Shown: positions 61,823 to 64,000 of the stretch, in pieces
Position numbering within the stretch: position 1 is the first letter of the stretch
Layout: every line of letters starts with the position of its first letter
NCBI GenBank assembly: GCA_965205875.1
Contig: CBDBIA010000004.1
Location: 2,682,830 to 2,746,829 of the forward strand
Reading direction: 5' to 3'
DNA from: Phototrophicaceae bacterium
GTDB taxonomy: Bacteria > Chloroflexota > Anaerolineae > Aggregatilineales > Phototrophicaceae
DNA length: 64,000 bases
Notes under the pieces: generated by a model
Told to the model about the DNA's origin: nothing
Databases searched by the model: none
What the model saw: the letters and a program-made list of their open reading frames with translations, nothing else
Made by a program: the position numbers and the translations under genes

Positions 61823-63343
61823 ATGCATGACGAAACGCTCGCCCTCGTTCCGCAGCCGCGTTCGCTGCAGCGCGAGGCAGACGTTTTCGCGTTCACTGCG
61901 GCGACCCGCATCGAGGTCGTAGCCGGCCGGCAGGTCGCGGCGCAACGCTGCGCCGATCTGCTACGCGCGGCGACGGGTCTGTCGCTGCCGCTCACACAGA
62001 ACGAGGTCGCGACGAACTATCTGCGACTGACGCTGGCGCCCGACATCGACGCGGAGGGCTACCGGCTGCATGTGACGCCGGCAGCGATCATATTGCAGGC
62101 GGCGGACGAGGCGGGCCTGTGGTACGGCGCCCAGACGCTGCGCCAGCTGCTGCCGACGGATGGTACAGCGCCGGCGCTGCCCTGCCTGCGCATTGAGGAT
62201 GCGCCGCGCTATCGCTGGCGCGGCCTGCACCTGGATGTCGGTCGTCATCTCTATCCGCTTGATTTCCTCTACAAGACGCTCGACCTGATGGCGCTGCACA
62301 AGCTGAACCTGTTTCACTGGCATTTGACCGAGGACCAGGGCTGGCGCATCGAGATCAAGGGCTGGCCGCGTCTGACTGAAGTGGGCGCGCAGCGCGCGGA
62401 ATCGCCGCTGCCGGCAGATCGCAACACGCTCGACGGCCAGCCCTATGGCGGCTTTTATACGCAGGACGAAGTTCGCGCGCTGGTCGCATACGCCCGCGAA
62501 CGTCACATCACGGTTCTGCCCGAGATAGAAATGCCGGGTCATGCCCAGGCGGCCCTGGCCAGCTACCCGCAGTTGGGCTGTCGCGGTTCGGGTTATGAAG
62601 TGCGGCGGCGCTGGGGCATCAGCGACGAGGTGTTCTGCGCGGGCAACGATGAGGTTTTCGATTTTCTTGAAAGCGTGCTGAATGAAGTGATGGCGCTCTT
62701 CCCTGGCAAATACCTCCACATCGGCGGCGACGAATGCCCGAAGGCGCGCTGGGCGGCCTGCCCGCAGTGTCAGGAGCGCATGCGCCAGGAAGGTCTGCGC
62801 GACGAAGAGGAACTGCAGAGCTGGTTCATCCGCCGCATCGAAGGCTTCCTGCGCCGCAAGGGCCGGCGTTTGGTCGGCTGGGACGAAATCCTTGAGGGCG
62901 GCCTCGCGCCCGGCGCCACCGTGATGAGTTGGCGCGGCGCTGATGGTGGCATCGCAGCCGCCAGCGCCGGTCACGACGTCGTCATGTCACCCAACACGCA
63001 CTGCTACTTCGACTACTATCAGCGCGCTGACGTGGAAAACGAGCCGCCGGCCATAGGTGGCTACCTGCCGCTTGAGCGCGTCTACGAATTCGACCCGGTC
63101 GCCGGTATCGCGGCGCCGCAGCAGGCGCATGTGCTGGGCGGCCAGGGCAACGTGTGGACGGAGTATCTGCCAACTACAGAGCTGGTGGAGTACATGACCT
63201 GGCCGCGTGCCGCGGCGCTGGCAGAGGCGCTGTGGACGGCCCCGTCACCGCGCGACTACGCGGACTTTGAGCGGCGTCTGCGCGGGCATCTGCCGCGCTT
63301 GCGACGACTCGACGTGAACTACTGCGACCCCTTCCGCGATTGA
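61823..63343 (+). CDS. GH20 beta-N-acetylhexosaminidase
   Basis: 506 aa. RWRGLHLDVGRH, FHWHLTEDQGWR and HIGGDEC (catalytic D-E pair) motifs. Confidence 0.9.
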   Translation: MHDETLALVPQPRSLQREADVFAFTAATRIEVVAGRQVAAQRCADLLRAATGLSLPLTQNEVATNYLRLTLAPDIDAEGYRLHVTPAAIILQAADEAGLWYGAQTLRQLLPTDGTAPALPCLRIEDAPRYRWRGLHLDVGRHLYPLDFLYKTLDLMALHKLNLFHWHLTEDQGWRIEIKGWPRLTEVGAQRAESPLPADRNTLDGQPYGGFYTQDEVRALVAYARERHITVLPEIEMPGHAQAALASYPQLGCRGSGYEVRRRWGISDEVFCAGNDEVFDFLESVLNEVMALFPGKYLHIGGDECPKARWAACPQCQERMRQEGLRDEEELQSWFIRRIEGFLRRKGRRLVGWDEILEGGLAPGATVMSWRGADGGIAAASAGHDVVMSPNTHCYFDYYQRADVENEPPAIGGYLPLERVYEFDPVAGIAAPQQAHVLGGQGNVWTEYLPTTELVEYMTWPRAAALAEALWTAPSPRDYADFERRLRGHLPRLRRLDVNYCDPFRD

Positions 63344-63344
63344 T

Positions 63345-64000
63345 TCAGCGCACCAGCCCGCGCGCCGCGACTTCCCACTCCTGCTCAACCTGGCCATCGC
63401 GTACGCCATAGAGACGGTGGTGCAGGTTGCTGACGACGCAGGTGTGCACCGGCACGACGTGCACCTGCTCGCCGATCCGCGGTCGGCGCTCACAGGCCGA
63501 CAGATCGACGAAGCCGTGCTCCTCATTGAGCTTGTAGATGTGCGCGCCAGGATACTCGCGGATGTGGCCGTGCCCGTCATTCACACGGTCCGCCGCCAGG
63601 GTCTTGCTGCCGCTGTCGAGAATGGCGCGGTCAGGTGATGGCCGGCTTACGACCGTGACCTGCACGCTCATGGCGCAATCGTTCAGCGTTGCCCAGCCGC
63701 CTTGCACCGTGTTCATGTCGTTGAAAATGTAGGTGCCCACGCGCAGTTCCGTCAGCTCGGGCAGCTCGTGCGCGGTCTGCGCGGCGCCGGTGCCGCCGCC
63801 GCTGACCTCCGGCACCTCGATGCCGGCGCCGGCGAGACCTGCCAGTGTCTCCTGCAGGCGCGGGCGGATGACCGGGTTGGCGGGGTAGACAAAGAGGCCG
63901 GCGAACTCCAGGTGCGGGCTGGCGACGATCTGCTGCGCCAGCGCGACGACCTGCTCCGGCGATGCGCCGGTGCGCTCGATTTCGGTCTCCAGGTCGGGCA
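63345..64000 (-). CDS. alanine-racemase-fold PLP enzyme, D-threonine aldolase / D-serine deaminase-like (partial, 5' end beyond the window)
   Basis: The track ORF 63345..63815 continues in frame without a stop to the window edge (...ASPEQVVALAQQIVASPHLEFAGLFVYPANP...). C-terminal GTYIFND ... SGSKTL ... HVVPVHTC blocks are typical of the D-TA family. Confidence 0.7.
   Translation of the reverse strand, partial: PDLETEIERTGASPEQVVALAQQIVASPHLEFAGLFVYPANPVIRPRLQETLAGLAGAGIEVPEVSGGGTGAAQTAHELPELTELRVGTYIFNDMNTVQGGWATLNDCAMSVQVTVVSRPSPDRAILDSGSKTLAADRVNDGHGHIREYPGAHIYKLNEEHGFVDLSACERRPRIGEQVHVVPVHTCVVSNLHHRLYGVRDGQVEQEWEVAARGLVR

Noticed and set aside
1-64000. Looked for CRISPR arrays, transposases, integrases, phage structural genes, reverse transcriptases and toxin-antitoxin pairs
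   Set aside because: I found no spaced direct-repeat array and no ORF with the DDE, tyrosine or serine recombinase or RT motifs I could recognise. The only tandem repeats are the in-frame znuA units and short microsatellite-like motifs.
1-64000. Searched for a selenoprotein gene (an ORF pair split by in-frame TGA) to go with tRNA-Sec
   Set aside because: All family-assignable genes appear full-length without a TGA interruption. The only split reading frame (17390..17844) changes frame rather than reading through a TGA.

Overview
High-G+C, very gene-dense bacterial chromosomal window: about 60 protein genes, 2 tRNAs and very little non-coding DNA. Many long ORFs in the six-frame track are antisense or alternate-frame artefacts of the G+C bias. 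I trimmed several N-terminal extensions to the first start codon that has a ribosome-binding site and does not overlap a neighbouring gene. Most of the content is housekeeping or envelope-related: rplM-rpsI, lon, lgt, recF, dinB, rdgB, a class-A-PBP-like protein, a LysM/YkuD L,D-transpeptidase, a Zn-type ABC importer, several glycosyltransferases with a flippase, ferritin, ribokinase and tRNA-Pro. The gene content and style fit a Chloroflexota-like organism, but I cannot verify that without a search. I saw no transposase, integrase, CRISPR array or prophage.

Regions worth a second look:
1. 12.6-16.0 kb: a visibly lower-G+C islet between lon and a PHP gene. It encodes a single-HKD PLD nuclease fused to a winged-helix module and a divergent acidic mini-ORF, and sits next to a PHP-AlbA_2 (Schlafen-like) multidomain protein.
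2. 35.9-37.5 kb: a translationally welded trio (CBS pair with an Rx4H HEPN-like domain, a NUDIX hydrolase, and a 132-aa ORF) embedded in a glycan locus.
3. 23.6-29.4 kb: a GntR-controlled operon with two tandem DUF4438-like paralogues, a VOC enzyme and a cyclic amidohydrolase.
4. 43.5 kb: a well-formed tRNA-Sec gene with no sel genes nearby.
5. 40.5-43.4 kb: a 969-aa PBP1A-like protein in which all three transpeptidase active-site motifs are degenerate.
6. 52.8-60.9 kb: two tandem ~900-aa FtsX-type permeases with no ATPase gene, followed by an orphan membrane protein and a secreted protein with four PPC-like repeats.
7. Several clear regulatory signatures: an SOS box inside the dinB promoter, triple repeats at the ferritin promoter, and palindromes upstream of lon.

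All family assignments come from motif recognition by eye and from memory. None has been confirmed by a database search.
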